From Mustelus asterias (Eukaryota): 64,000 nt of DNA. Position numbers and translations under genes: made by a program. The stretch lies in NCBI RefSeq assembly GCF_964213995.1, contig NW_027590159.1, positions 186,001-250,000 on the forward strand. The letters run 5' to 3'. The notes beneath the pieces are model-generated. The model was given only the letters and a program-made list of their open reading frames with translations. It was not told where the DNA came from and did not search any database. Position 1 is the stretch's first letter, and each line of letters opens with the position of its first letter. Below, piece by piece: positions 35,800 through 49,085 of this stretch.

Positions 35800-37925
35800 C
35801 TGGACCCTAACTTTGCAGTTCTGCCACATGCAGTCCTGAATGGTGATGGACATTTAAACAAATAACCGCAGCAGGAGCCTCAAACGAAACCCCCATTCTT
35901 GAAAGGGAAAAGAAACAAGACTGAAACAATTGCTCCTATGTTCAGGCAGAAGATGTTCCATCTCTGCCTTCCCCTGATGCCCCGAACATCACAGATGCCA
36001 GTCTCCAAGGAGGTCAATTCATTCAACATGCTACGAGAGGTCACAGGTTTAAGGTGCTGGGTGGTAGGTACAGGGGAAATGTTCGGGGTAAGTTTTTCAC
36101 ACAGAGGGCGGTGGGCGATTGGAATCGGCTGCCGTCAGTGGTGGTGGAGGCAAACTCAATAGGGTCTTTTAAGAGACTCCTGGACTCCTGTACATGGGAC
36201 TTAATAGGATGGAGGGTTACAAGTAGGCCTAAAAGGTAGGGATATGTTCGGTACAACTTGTGGGGCCGAAGGGCCTGTTTTGTGCTGTAGTTTTCTATAT
36301 TTCTATGTTTCTATAACATTGAGGATAGGAACAGGAGTAGACCATTCAGCCCCTGGAGCCCGCTCCGCCATGCAATATGATCATGATTGATCTGTGGCCT
36401 AACCCTGTGCTGAAAGCATTGGATACTGCAAAGATTATGGATCCTGACAATATTTCAGCAATAATAATAACGGTTTGTGCTCTGGAGCTAGCTGAGCCTC
36501 AGCCAATCTATTCAAGTATAGCTGTATCACGGTCACATACACAACAGTGTGAAAATTGGCAGACGTGACCTGTTTCTGAAGGCAGGACAAACCCAACCCG
36601 ACCAATTACCGCCCAATGCGTCCTCACTCGATCAACGTAATGGTAAGTATGAAGGATCATCTAAAAAAGTAATAATAATATAATAATATCAACACTGCTA
36701 CAACTACAAATAATAGTAATCTGCTCAATGATGCTCTGTTTGGGTCCCACTCGGAGCACTCAGTTCCAGAAATCATTTAAGCTTAGTCCAAATCTAATGG
36801 AAATAGCTGCTTTAATGAGGTGAGGTGAGAGTGCCTGCCCTCGGCATCAACGCAGCACTTGACCGATTGTGGCATCAATAAGCCCGAGCAAAGCTGCAGT
36901 CAATGGGGATCCGGGGGAAAACAAAACATTCCACTGGCTTCAGTCATACCGAGCACAGAGTAAGATGGTTGTGGCTGTTGAAAGCCAATCATCTCAGTCA
37001 CAGGGCATTTGCTGAAGGAACTCCTCAGGATAGTGCCCTCGGCCTAATATTCACGCTTCAATACAAGCTCAGAAGTGGGATGTTCACTGATGATTGCACG
37101 ATGTTCAGCACATTTACAACATCTCAGATACTGAGGCAGCCCGTGTCCGTAAGCAAAAAGACTTAGAAAACATTCAGGCTTTGGCTGTGAAGTGGCATGT
37201 GACATTCACGCCACCGAGGTGACAGGCAATGACCCTTTCAAGTAAGAGAGATTGCAATCATCTCCGCTTGCCATTAATTGAATGACTACAGCTGAAACCC
37301 CACTATCATCATTCTGGGAATTGCCATTGATGGAAAGTTGAACTGGGACAGCCATGTCAGTAATATTGCTACAAAAACAGGTCAGAGGCTGGGAATTGTG
37401 CGTGGAGTAACTCACCTCCTGACTTCCCAAACCCTATCCATCATATAAAGGCAAAAGTCAGGATTGTGATTGAATATTCTCCATTTACCTGGCGTGTGGT
37501 ATTGAAGCAACACCCAAAATGCTCGAAACCACCCAGCAAAAAGCAGGCGGCTGGATGGACACCCCACCAACAACTTTAAACATTCACTCTCTGCATCACA
37601 GATGTACAACTCTAGCCGTGTGAACCATATACAACTTGTATAGCAGCAACATAATCCTTTGGTAGCAACTTCCAAACACATGGCAAGGGCAGCAGATGCA
37701 GGAGAATACAATTGCCTGAAAATGCTCATGAAACCTCCACACCGTCTTGACTGGGATCTATATCACTATTTTTTCAGTGTCAGTGGATGAAAATCTTGCA
37801 ACTCCCTTCCCATCAGCACTGTATGTGTACTTGCTCATAGAGAATGCAATGATTTAAGAAGAGGGCTCACTGGCACATTCTCAAAGGAAAAATTAGAAGG
37901 GGCAACAAATCCTACGTTACCAGTG
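35800..37925 (+). mobile_element. Second LINE family, ~2 kb degenerate, with nested CR1 tails (36025-36400)
   Basis: AACCCGACCAATTACCGCCCAA (NP.NYRP), WHQ..AKLQSMGIRGKT, MFTDDCT motifs. Confidence 0.8.
36025..36314 (+). mobile_element. Young CR1 3' end
   Basis: TRGHRFKVLGGRYRGNVRGKFFTQR; highly similar to the inverted copy at 38043-38330. Confidence 0.9.
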
Positions 37926-38042
37926 ACAGCAAAACCTCATTAAATGATTTTGAACAGGTCATATATCTTATTACGTTCAACTAGCCCCCACGTCTGTTTG
38001 TATTGCAACAGGCCATGTCCCAGCCACATTACAGCATGTCCT

Positions 38043-39215
38043 AGAACATAGAAGATAGAAAAACAACAGCACAGACAGGCCCTTCGGCCCACAAGTTGTG
38101 CCGAACACGTCCCTACCTTCTAGACCTACCTATGACCCTCCATCCTATTAAGCTCCATGTACTCATCCAGGAGTCTCTTAAAAGACCCTATTGAGTTCGC
38201 CTCCACCACCACTGACGGCAGCCGTTTTCACTCGCCCACCACCCTCTGTGTGAAAAACTTACCCCTAACATCTCCCCTGTACCTATCCCCCAGCACCTTA
38301 AACCTGTGTCCTCTCGTAGCAGACATTTCCACCCTGGGAAAAAGCCTCTGAGAGTCCACCCGATCTATGCCTCTCAACATCTTATACACCTCTATTCGGT
38401 CTGCTCTCATCCTTCGTCTCTCCAAGGAGAAAAGACCGAGCTCCCTCAGCCTATCCTCATAAGGCATGCCACTCAATCCAGGCAACATCCTTGTAAATCT
38501 CCTCTGCACCCTTTCAATCTTTTCCACATCCTTCCTATAGTGAGGCGACCAGAACTGAGCACAGTATTCCAAGTGGGGTCTGATGAGGGTCTTATATAGC
38601 TGCATCATTATCCCCGGACTCCTAAACTCAATTCCTTGATTGATAAAGGCCAGCACACCATACGCCTTCTTAACCACCTCCTCCACCAGCGGGGCCGATT
38701 TTAGAGTCCTATGGACCCGGACCCCAAGGTCCTTCTGATCCTCTGCCGTACTAAGAGTCTTTCCCTTTATATTGTACTCCTTCATCCCATTTGACCTATC
38801 AAAATGGACCACGACGCATTTATCTGGGTTGAAGTCCATCTGCCACTTGTCCGCCCAGTCTTGCATCCTATCTATGTCCCTCTGTAACTTCTGGCATCCC
38901 TCCAGACTATCCACATCCCCACCAACCTTTGCGTCGTCGGCAAACTTACCAACCCATCCCTCCGCTTCCTCATCTGTGTCATTTCTGAAAATTACAAACA
39001 GCAAGGGTCCCAGAACAGATCCCTGGGGCACACCACTGGTGACCAACCTCCAATTAGAAAAAGACCCATCTATGCACACTATCTGCCTCCTTTGGGCAAG
39101 CCAGTTCTGGATCCACCGGGCAGCAGCCCCTTGGATCCCATGCCATCTCCCTTTTTCTAGAAGCCTTGCATGGGGGACCTTATCGAATGCCTTGCTAAAA
39201 TCCATATAAACCATA
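38043..39215 (-). mobile_element. CR1 LINE, 5'-truncated, 331-aa open RT frame
   Basis: [52 protein letters not shown]. Confidence 0.95.
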
Positions 39216-39344
39216 TAATCCATATGTCCTGTCTCTGTTAGTTCTCTACTCGGCTCATTATCAGTTGTTCATAAGTGAAGCCAAGGCCTGTTTTAACGAT
39301 GGTTTCTGAATTATGACTGTGCTGAAATATGTTTCAGTTAATCT

Positions 39345-39625
39345 GGGCGGCACGGTGGCACAGCGCCAGGGACCCGGGTTCAATTCCCAACATGGGTGAC
39401 TGTCTGTGTGGAGTCGGCACGTTTTCCTTATGTCTGCGTGAGTTTTCTCCGGGTGCTCCGGTTTCCACTCACCGTCCGAAAGAGGTGCTGGTTTGGTGCA
39501 TTTTGGCCATGCTAAATTCTCCCTCAGTGTACTCAAACAGGCACCGGAGTGTGACCACTCGGGGTTCTTCACAGTAACTTCATTGCAGTGTGAACGAAAG
39601 CCGACTTATGACACTAATAAATAAG
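39345..39625 (+). mobile_element. HE1-like SINE subtype 2
   Basis: GGGCGGCACGGTGGCACAG...AAATTCTCCCTCAGTGTAC...ACACTAATAAATAA. Confidence 0.88.
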
Positions 39626-42600
39626 CTTTAAATCTTTAATCTGGGAAGAGACTGTGTCTCAATTCCTACTGCAACAGAACCTTTATCTGTGACTCCCATA
39701 CTGGAGCAACATCCTTCTTGCGTTACACAAGTTTCGGTCACTGTCATTACTCTAATGGTTCATTAGATCTAATAAAGTCGACACTGTTTTAGTTAATGCT
39801 GCACAAGTGCATGTATTTGTTTATTCAACACTGTGCCCTGCCTCTGTTATTATTGCATCATGTGATCCCTCTAATTTGCTGCATTGTCCATATCTCAGTG
39901 TATGCCAGTCTAGATCACATATTAGTAATTATTCCCAATGCGCTAGACTCTTTCTGAGTTTATATCAGTCTAAATATCGTATCTCTAGTCATTAATAACA
40001 CACTAAATCCTGTCTCAGTTTTTATCAGTCTAGGTCCTGCATCAGTAATGACCACTAACACACTGGACTCTGTCTCAGTTTATGTCAGTCCAGATTCTGT
40101 ATCAGTAATTACTGCTAATGCGCTAAGCTCTGCCTCAGTTAATATCGGTTTAGGCCTGTATCAGTAATTGACACGATATGTCTCAGTTTATATCGCGCAA
40201 GTAACTGCATTCAGTTAAATTGCACTCGACACCATCTCAGTTTTTCTTGTATTCGTTGATGTCATTCATATTTTTAAAATATTTATTTAATGGGATGTGG
40301 GTGTCTCTGGTAAGGCCAGTATTTCGCATTTAACTTCCCACAAGGCACTCGGCACGACCTCGTTTCTATTTCACTGCATCAGGCCACTGTTTATATTAAA
40401 ATAGATCCTGTCTCTGATAATACTCCGCTTGACCAGAGCTCAGTTTATGATGCACTAGACCCAATCCCTGTTTATATGACATTTGATCCTGACTCTGTCT
40501 ATAATTCATGAGACCAGGTCACTGTTATTACTGCACTATAGTATTCCTCTGTCTGAACATTACTCAACGGTTCTGTGAGGTAGAGAGATAATATAATGCA
40601 TAAATATGCTGGGCTATAAACATCTGTATTCAGCAGGATCTTGAAACGGAAAATATTGGATCGACAGTGTATGCTGCGCAGGGTTTGATATCTATTTTCA
40701 ATGCATCAGTAGAATGAGCTTTCAAATATCACTTCTTCTTTTCCAGTTCCCAACACTTGTCTCCATCCGTCAGAGTTGTATCTGTAGGAGGATGCAGAGA
40801 ATCGTGTTCCCATAGCCACTTTTCACATTATTGCACATTGTCCAGTGCAGTAATAACTGAGTCCGTGCCCAATATAAAATGAACATGGACATGGTCAAGT
40901 GCATCCAGTTTAGTACAGAGACAGGTCTACATTAATAAAAGCAGAGTCATTGTCGATCTCAATATGAACAGAGACATGGTGATGTGTAATATAAACAGAG
41001 ACAGCATCTAGTTTATTATAAACAGAAAGTACGTCCAGTGTAATATGAACAGAGACAAAATCTTCTTTAATATAAACCGAAACAGGGATTAGTTAATTTA
41101 ACATCAGCAGAGACAGGTCACAGATGAGTGCAATATAGAGACAGGGCCTAGTGTCCCATCAAACATTCCAAGGGCAGGTGTAGCATGTGTTTAGGCACCG
41201 AATGTAAAGCTCCCTCCACAGTGCAACATTAAACACTCCCAAGCAGGTGTAGCACGGGATAGATAAAAAGTGAAACTCCATCCACACTATCTCAATCAAG
41301 CATTTCCAGCAAATGAAGACTGTTTAGAAACAGTAAAAACCTCTCTACACTGTCCATTGAAACAATTGGACGCTGGGACAGAAAGGGTTAGATACAGGGA
41401 ATGATCAGGAGAAAAGCTCCCTCTGTAGATTGAATTAAATCCATTTAGTTAGAGGCCTGAAAATAGGCCTGAGAGAATACATTGCTGGAGTTTGACTTGA
41501 AGTTGTTGAGTAAAAACAATGACCCATCATGGAGAGACAAAACAAGACACAGAATCAGAGAGGAGAAAGACAAAGAGAGATAAAGCACAATAAATCGCCG
41601 CAAATATATTTGCCGTGTCCTTATATTTTGTGATTAGAGGGAATCTTTCCTAATTTTGAACATTGATAATCATAGCTTGTTTTGCGCATATAACTGATGA
41701 AAACATATGTCCAAAAACAATCACGACTGAAATCCAATGATTGATTTGCATGTTTGTCTCTATTTCTGTGCTGTGTTGATGGGGAAATATTTGTTGTGTT
41801 TTTGTCAATCAATAAATCTAATCTGGGATTGCTATTTCTGTGTTTATTTACATAAACACCTCACTGGTTACAATGAGATGTTCATGGCAGCAAAACCAGA
41901 TAAACCGTCATTTATTCATTAGTTTCAATTCAAAATAGCGGTTTCTTTTAAGTATATTGGCAGCAGGTTCAAAATCCATAGAAGCTTCGTGAATACCCAT
42001 TAGACCAGACGCTATTTAATTCAAATAAAAAAATACCCTCTAATCAAGATTTTGTTCTGTAAGTTCTGATGTCAGAATAAGTAAAACATGTTTGAAAATG
42101 CTGGTATTCCATTGAATGTCAATTTGATTGATGATTTAGTCTACTAAAACTAGATATGTTAAAACATCAGGCGGAGGAGTGACGATAATCGCATTAATCG
42201 CAGAGCTTTTGACATATCAATTCTTGCATTTTATAATAACATTTGGAAAGGCCTTGCATTTTTATAACGCTTTACCTGACCTGAGGTCGTCCCAAACCAT
42301 TTAAAACTCACTGATATATTTTGCTGAAGTTATTCACTGCTGTAATATTGGACAGACAGCAAGTATTTGGTGCACAGCAAGCTCCCACAAAGCGAGATGT
42401 GATAAACGAACAGTCATTTTGTGATTTTAGTTGAGGAATGAGTGGCCAGGTTACTGGGCAGAACAGTCCTGTTATATCGAATTTCATCAATGAGATTTTA
42501 CATTCTGTCATCGGCCTGAAATGAGAATCTGTTTCACCCACTGCTAATGCCCGCTGACCTGCCTTTTTTGTTGTTTTACTTTTAGATTTCCGGAAGTCGC

Positions 42601-42859
42601 AGTAGTTTGCACTGTTCTATTCATTCTCTGGATATGGGCATCACTGACAAAGTCAGCATTAATTGCCCATACTGAGAAGGCGGTTGCGAACTACCTTTTT
42701 GAAATTATTGCCCTCTGTTTGGTTTTATTTGTGTTTGACTTTCTGCAGCAGCTTTGAAACACCTGAATGGCTGTTTTGTCAATTTCAGAGGCACGTAAGG
42801 GTCAGCTTCATCACTGTGGAACTGGAGTCACATGTAGGACAGACAGGCTAAACATAGCT

Positions 42860-43170
42860 TTTATTTATTGATTCGTGGGACTTGCACATTACTGGTTGGC
42901 CAGCATTTGTTGCCCATCTCTAGTTGCCCTTGCAGGGCAGTTGAGAGTCAACCACATTTCTGTGACTCTGGAGTCACATGTAGGTCAAACAAGGTAAGAA
43001 CGGCAGATTTCATTCCCTAAAGAGACATGAGTAAACTAGATGGGTTTTTACAACTATCAACAATGGTCTCATAGTCGTCAATAGATTCTTAATTCCAGAT
43101 AGTTTTTATTGATTTCAAGTTCCACCATCTGCCGTGGCGGGATTTGAACTCAGGTCCTCAGAACATTGAC
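42860..43170 (-). mobile_element. Second SINE family copy at distal end of duplication
   Basis: GGAGTCACATGTAGGTCAAAC...TTCCACCATCTGCCGTGGCGGGATTTGAAC. Confidence 0.75.
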
Positions 43171-43179
43171 TGAACATTA

Positions 43180-46040
43180 GGTACATAGAAATTAGGAGCC
43201 GGAGGAGGCCAGTCGAGCCTGATCCACCAGTCTTCATGATTATGGGTTATTTCCTATCTCAAGGCCACATTATTGGATTCTGCCCACACCCCCTGATACC
43301 ATTAAAATCTAATCACAGATCGATTTATTTCTTGAATCTATTCAGTGGCATGACATCCAAAGCCGTCAGTGCTAGAGGACTCCGTATGTTCACTCGCCTC
43401 TGAAGTGAAGAAATGTTTCCTCATTTCTGTCCTAAATTGGCTACCCTATGTCTTGAGACTGCATCCCTGGTTTGAGACTACCTAACCAGCGAAAACGTCC
43501 TTCCTTCATCTCGCCTGCTCAGCCCTGTTAGAATTCGTTTAATTATTCATAACTTCATTTATTATTAATGCACAAATAGACATACACTGCAATGAAGTTA
43601 CTGTGAAAGGGCCCATGGCCACTCTCCAGCGCCTGTTCAGGCACGCTGAGGGAAAATTTAGCATTGCCAATGCACCTAATCAGCACGTCTTTCTGACTGT
43701 GGGAGGAAAATGGAGCACCCGAAGGAAACCCACGCAGATAGGGGGAGAATGTGCAGTCTCTGCACAGACAGTGACCCAAAGTGGGAATTGAACCCAGGTC
43801 CCTGGCAATGAGAGGCAGCCGTGCTAGTCACTGTGCCACTGTACCGCCCTCATTTGTTATGTTTTGAATGTTTCAATCACAATTTTATGTATTTCAATCA
43901 GATCTCTTCTCATCCGTCTAAACTCGAGTGAATACATGAGGTGGAGATGCCAGCGTTGCACTCGGGTGGACACAGTAAGAAGTCTCGCAACGCCAGGTTA
44001 AAGTCCAACATGTTTATTTGGACTCACGAGCTTTCCGAGTGCTGCTCCTTCATCAGGTCAGTCAAGTGAATACAGGTCCGGTCGAATCAATTTCGCCTTA
44101 TAGGACAGTCCCACCAATCCGGGTATCAGCTGCACTCGCCAGAGTCCCTTTCTTAGGGAGGGAGATCAAATCTACACGCATTACACCAGATGTGGTCTTA
44201 TGAAGACCCAGCATTGCTGCAGTAAGACTTCCCTAATTCCGAACTCAAATCTTCTTGCAACGAAGGCCTTCCTAATTGCTTGCTGCACATACCTCTCCGA
44301 TTTCATTGGTTGGTGTACAAGGATACCCAGATTCATTTGTAGATCACACTTCCAAATATATATTGTTTTGTGCTTTACACACGTATATAACTGTACATTG
44401 AACCACGTTGTACTGCAGCTGCCACATGTTCACCCATTCACACAACTTGTCCAGATCACATTGAAGCCCCCCTGCATCCTCCTCACAGCTCACAAGTCAC
44501 TGCACCCTCCTCATAGCTCACAGTTATATATCGCCAGCCGCTTAGGACATGTTACATTTGATTTCCTTATCCAGATCCCACGGTGGCACAGCGCCGGGGG
44601 GGACCGGGTTCGGTTCCCGGCTTGGGTCATTTACTGTACGGAGTCTGCACGTTCTCCCCGTGTTTACGTGGATTTCTTCTGGGTGCCCCGGTTTCCTCCA
44701 CCATCCGAAGGACGTGCAGCTTAGGGACATTGGCCATGCTAAACTCTCCCTCAGTGTACCCGAACAGGCGCTGGAGTGTGGTGACTCGGGGTTTTTCACA
44801 GTAACTTCATTGCAGTGTTAACGTAAGCCGACATGTGACTAATAAATAAATAAAATAAGTCGGGATCCTGAAGTACCCCATCACTCGCTGACTGCCACTC
44901 GGAAAAAGACCCATGTATTTCCATTCTCTGTTTCTTATCTGTCACCGAATTCTACAACAATGTCAATACATTATTCCCGATCCCACGTGCTTTAATTTGA
45001 CCTCCTAATATTGTACGAGGAACCGTCTCAAACGTCTTCTGAAAGTGCAAATGCACCACATAGCCTGGTTCCCTTCCCCCTCCCTATTCTATTATTTACA
45101 GCCTCAGAAAACGCAAGTATGTTTGTTACGAATTACATATCTTCCTTAAGCCCATTTTGGCTTCATCAAATTCCGTTAATGCTTTCCAAATATTTTGCTA
45201 TCATGTCTTTGATAACAGCCTCCAACATCTTCACTGATGCTAAAGTCAGGCTGTAATTCAACATTTTTACTCTCCCTTCCTTTGTACATGTTGGGATTTC
45301 ATTTGTCACCCTCCAATCTATAGGAACTTGGTCTGTGGAATTCATTGCCACAGAGGGCTGTGGAGGCCGAGACGTTGAGCGTCTTCAAGACAGAAATTGA
45401 TAAATTCTTGATTTCTCGAGGAATTAAGGGCTATGGGGAGAGAGCGGGTAAATGGAGTTGAAATCAACCATGATTGAATGGTGGAGTGGACTCGATGGGC
45501 CGAATGGCCTTACTTCCGCTCCTATGTCTTATGGTCTTATGGAACTGATCCAGAGTGTATAGAATTTTAGAGGATGACACCAATGCACCCAATATTTTCA
45601 GGGCCATTTCCATTCATACTCTGGGATGTAGATTCTCAGGCCTTTGTGATTTATCAGCATTTCACCTCATTAATTTCCCCAGCATGATTTGCTACTAAAG
45701 CTGGTGTTCTTCAATGCCAACCAGCTCTTGGTTCCCTAACATTTCTGGGAGGATATTTGTGTCCCCTTTTGTGAAGATGGAGTCAAACTTTGTGTTCTAT
45801 TCATCCAACATTTCTTTGTTCCCTATTATAATTTCCCTGGATTCTGACTGGAAGCTACCTAATTTGTCTGAACTAATCTTTGTCTCTTCAGATATTCAGA
45901 GAAGCTTGTACAATTAGTTTCTCTGCTTCCTGCCATTTTACTTTCATATTCTATTACCCCGCTCGCACATTGTGTCTTCTTTTGTTGAATTATAAAACGT
46001 TCCAAACCCTCAGGCTTGTTGCTTCTTCTGGCAATTTTAT
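43180..46040 (-). mobile_element. Old fragmented CR1 with nested SINEs (43555-43850 minus, 44578-44857 plus), Penelope-like piece (43937-44060) and young CR1 tail (45328-45542 plus)
   Basis: CR1 3' UTR at ~43185, RRNISSL relic at ~43410, GAAAAAGACCC at 44902, NYSLTLASVKMLEAVIKD at 45260-45200. Confidence 0.75.
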
Positions 46041-48804
46041 ATGCCTTAGAAATAAAAAGTAAAATTTCCTCTCCTAAAATACATCAGAGAAGACAATGAG
46101 CTTTGCCGAAATATGATTGTTACTAATTAGACAACGATGTTTGATTCAGCTTAATCAATTAATTGAAATGAAATTCCCCAGCTGCTGGGGTAGAATTTGA
46201 ACTCTTGCCCGCAGAGCATTACTTCAAGCTTCTGGAATACATTCTTAATAATAATATTGCTATGCTACACCTTGGACTGAAATATCATCACATCCAATAA
46301 TGGAACAACTGAACATTCAGCACTTGGTCACAGGTTGTACCATGAGCTCAGGTATCTGTTGTGGGAATTGAGCACATTACCAGTTGACTCAAAAATGACG
46401 TTGATTCCACTGGGATAAGACTGTTAACCGATCACAGTTTGTGTTTTGACATGACATTGAGCTCAGTGTGTCTAAACTCTGAGATCTGTGTCCAATATTT
46501 CACTGATGCATTTAATTGTCAGAAGCAAGTCTTTTCTTGGCCTTGAATCTTATTCTGACACGATGCCATTGATTACTGAGAATCCATGTGAAAGTTCCAT
46601 CAATTCCTAAAATGACATCGGGAAACATGCGAGGCAGAAGGTGGTGTGGAGCTTGACGTTCATCATGCGTGAGCTGCACTATCAGAACAGCTGAACGCGG
46701 AGTTTCTTTCCTTTAGAACAGTGCAGTTTATGGGAGATTTAGTACAGAAGTTCAAAGTTATGAATGAGAATGTTTTGCTCATTATGATGAAAACGCTATC
46801 CATTGGCAATAGGGTCAGTATGTAGAAGACCCTGCTATTTTGGTTATTAATTAACTGAATCAATCCTCTGATTACATGACATTGGTCCATACTTCTATTT
46901 ATGTTGTACCAGACCCAGTCTTTAATGATATGGCAGTGGACCCTGTCTCTCTTTATACTACATTCGGTCGTTTTTCTCGTTATGCTACACTCAGCCATTT
47001 CTCTATTTATGCTACATTAGGTCATCTCAATTAGTCCTACAGTGGACCACAGATCTGATTATATTACGTCGGATCCCAACTCTTTTTATATTACACAGGA
47101 TTTGTCTCTTTATATTACATCAGAGCCTGTCTCTGTTAATCCAACATGCGACCATGAATATGTTGTCTGTCGAGATATTATCAATCACGATATATGTGGG
47201 TGTGCCTGTCCGATACCAATCATTCTTGTTTGAAACAGTAGGTTTATTTTTTGCTAATATTTATAAGTAGCTGTGAGAAACGTCTAATCACTCTGCTATT
47301 GTGTGGGTAATATTTAGCGTGAACGTTATAACAATTTCTCAGTGATAAACTGGCATTGAGGGACAGGTCAATATGAACAATAGTGCAGTGCTCTTTGCAA
47401 TATATTTAGGAATCTCTGTTATGATGCATTTTATTCGTTGTAGATTGTGGTGCACTATGTCAATTTGCTGCAGATTTTAGCGATAAAGATTGTTTCGCCT
47501 GTCGTATTTTATTAATAGCATTCAACTGATACACTGGCGGTATGAGACAGAATTTTGTACTCGCAATATCGCCAGATGGGCTCCCACAGGCCAATTTTCT
47601 AACCAATGATTAATTGTTCATCTGTTTCAGAGAGAAATAAAACGAAATGGCCGCAGAACAAGTATGTTTGAATAGAATTTAAATATATATATTTTCTGCA
47701 ATTTCCATTCTTATCTTCAAAATTATTTTTCAGTTTGGGATGTGTTAATCTGCCCAGGCCCTAAGCTCTGTTATTCCCTCCCTAAATCTCCTTATCTCAC
47801 TTTCCTCGTCTAAATCAGTGCATAAAACTGTCCCTCTATTGATCGTCCTTTTAGTAATCTGTTCAAATATCTCCTTGCTCAAAAACAAGATACTGCGGAT
47901 GCATGGGATCTGAAAAATTAACTGCCAGAAACACTCAGCAGATCATTCATCATAAATGGAGTGACATTAGTGCACTTGTCCATCTGTCTCTCTCTCTCTC
48001 TCTCTCCTCCCTCAGTCAACACTGCAGTTCATCCTCCAGGATTCATAGCATTAGATCACATATCGTTATTACTGAATTAGGTTATGATTCCGAGGAACAT
48101 ATTAATGGCCATTTTTGTTCTATTGCTTACTATGGTACGACGATGTATATGCTTAAATTTCACTATATATTGAGGTTAGTTTTATTACACTGCCCCTCCT
48201 TCTGTTATTACTGCATTTAACCATGTAATTTTTTTTATTGCACAGGAGTTGTCTCAGTCATGTCTGTACGCCACCACATCTCGTTTTATCTTTCTTTCTG
48301 CACTATATAACGCAACCTGAAGTTTAATTTATTAACGAACTGGGCCTTGATCTATAAGGGCTACAATTAACCCTGTCTCAGTTAGTACTGTACTTGACGA
48401 TGTTCGCTGCAATAACCCATTTGGTGCAGTCGTATACAGTAATGCACTAGGCCATGCCTCTTTATATACTGCATTTGATTCATTTGAATCATTATTGCAA
48501 TATACCTTGTATCTGTTTACATTACATTACGTGCCGCTTCCTTTATGTTACATGAAGACATGCCGTGATATGTGCTACAATTAATCATTTCTGAGCTGTT
48601 GTTGCTCAGTCAATAGTCCACATATGTTACATTAGGTTCCATCTCAGATATTATTTTTGGTAGGTTGTATGTCATGCACTACTGAGTACACCGGTACCTC
48701 ACGTTGCATTACATTGGGTCCGAATAAAATAGCAGGCACTGCCTCAGTTACTAATTTTCTATAAAATGCGTCTGATGGATGGAAAAAGAGGAAGACCAAG
48801 CTAG

Positions 48805-49085
48805 CTGGATGGCGCAGTGGTTAGCAGTGGTTAGCACTGCTGCCTCACAGTGCTGGGGACTCGAGTTCGATTCCTGGCTTGGTCACTATATGTGTGGAGT
48901 TTGTACGTTCTCCCTGTGTCTGTGTCGGTTTCCTTCCACATTCCAAAGATGTGCTAGTTAGGTGCATTGGGAATGTCAAATTCTCCCTCAGTGTACCCGA
49001 ACAGCTGCCAGAGTGTGGCGACTGGGGGATTCTCAGAGCCGCTTCATTGCAGTGCTAATGCAAGCCGACATGTGACTAATAAATT
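48805..49085 (+). mobile_element. HE1-like SINE subtype 2
   Basis: GGCGCAGTGGTTAGC (locally duplicated) ...GAGTTCGATTCC...GTGACTAATAAA. Confidence 0.85.

Larger units (their letters stand above)
26300..42850. repeat. Segmental duplicate, copy 2 (5' flank of pseudo-VH), expanded by later TE insertions
   Basis: Same order and orientation of unique blocks as 15190-25370. Confidence 0.92.
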
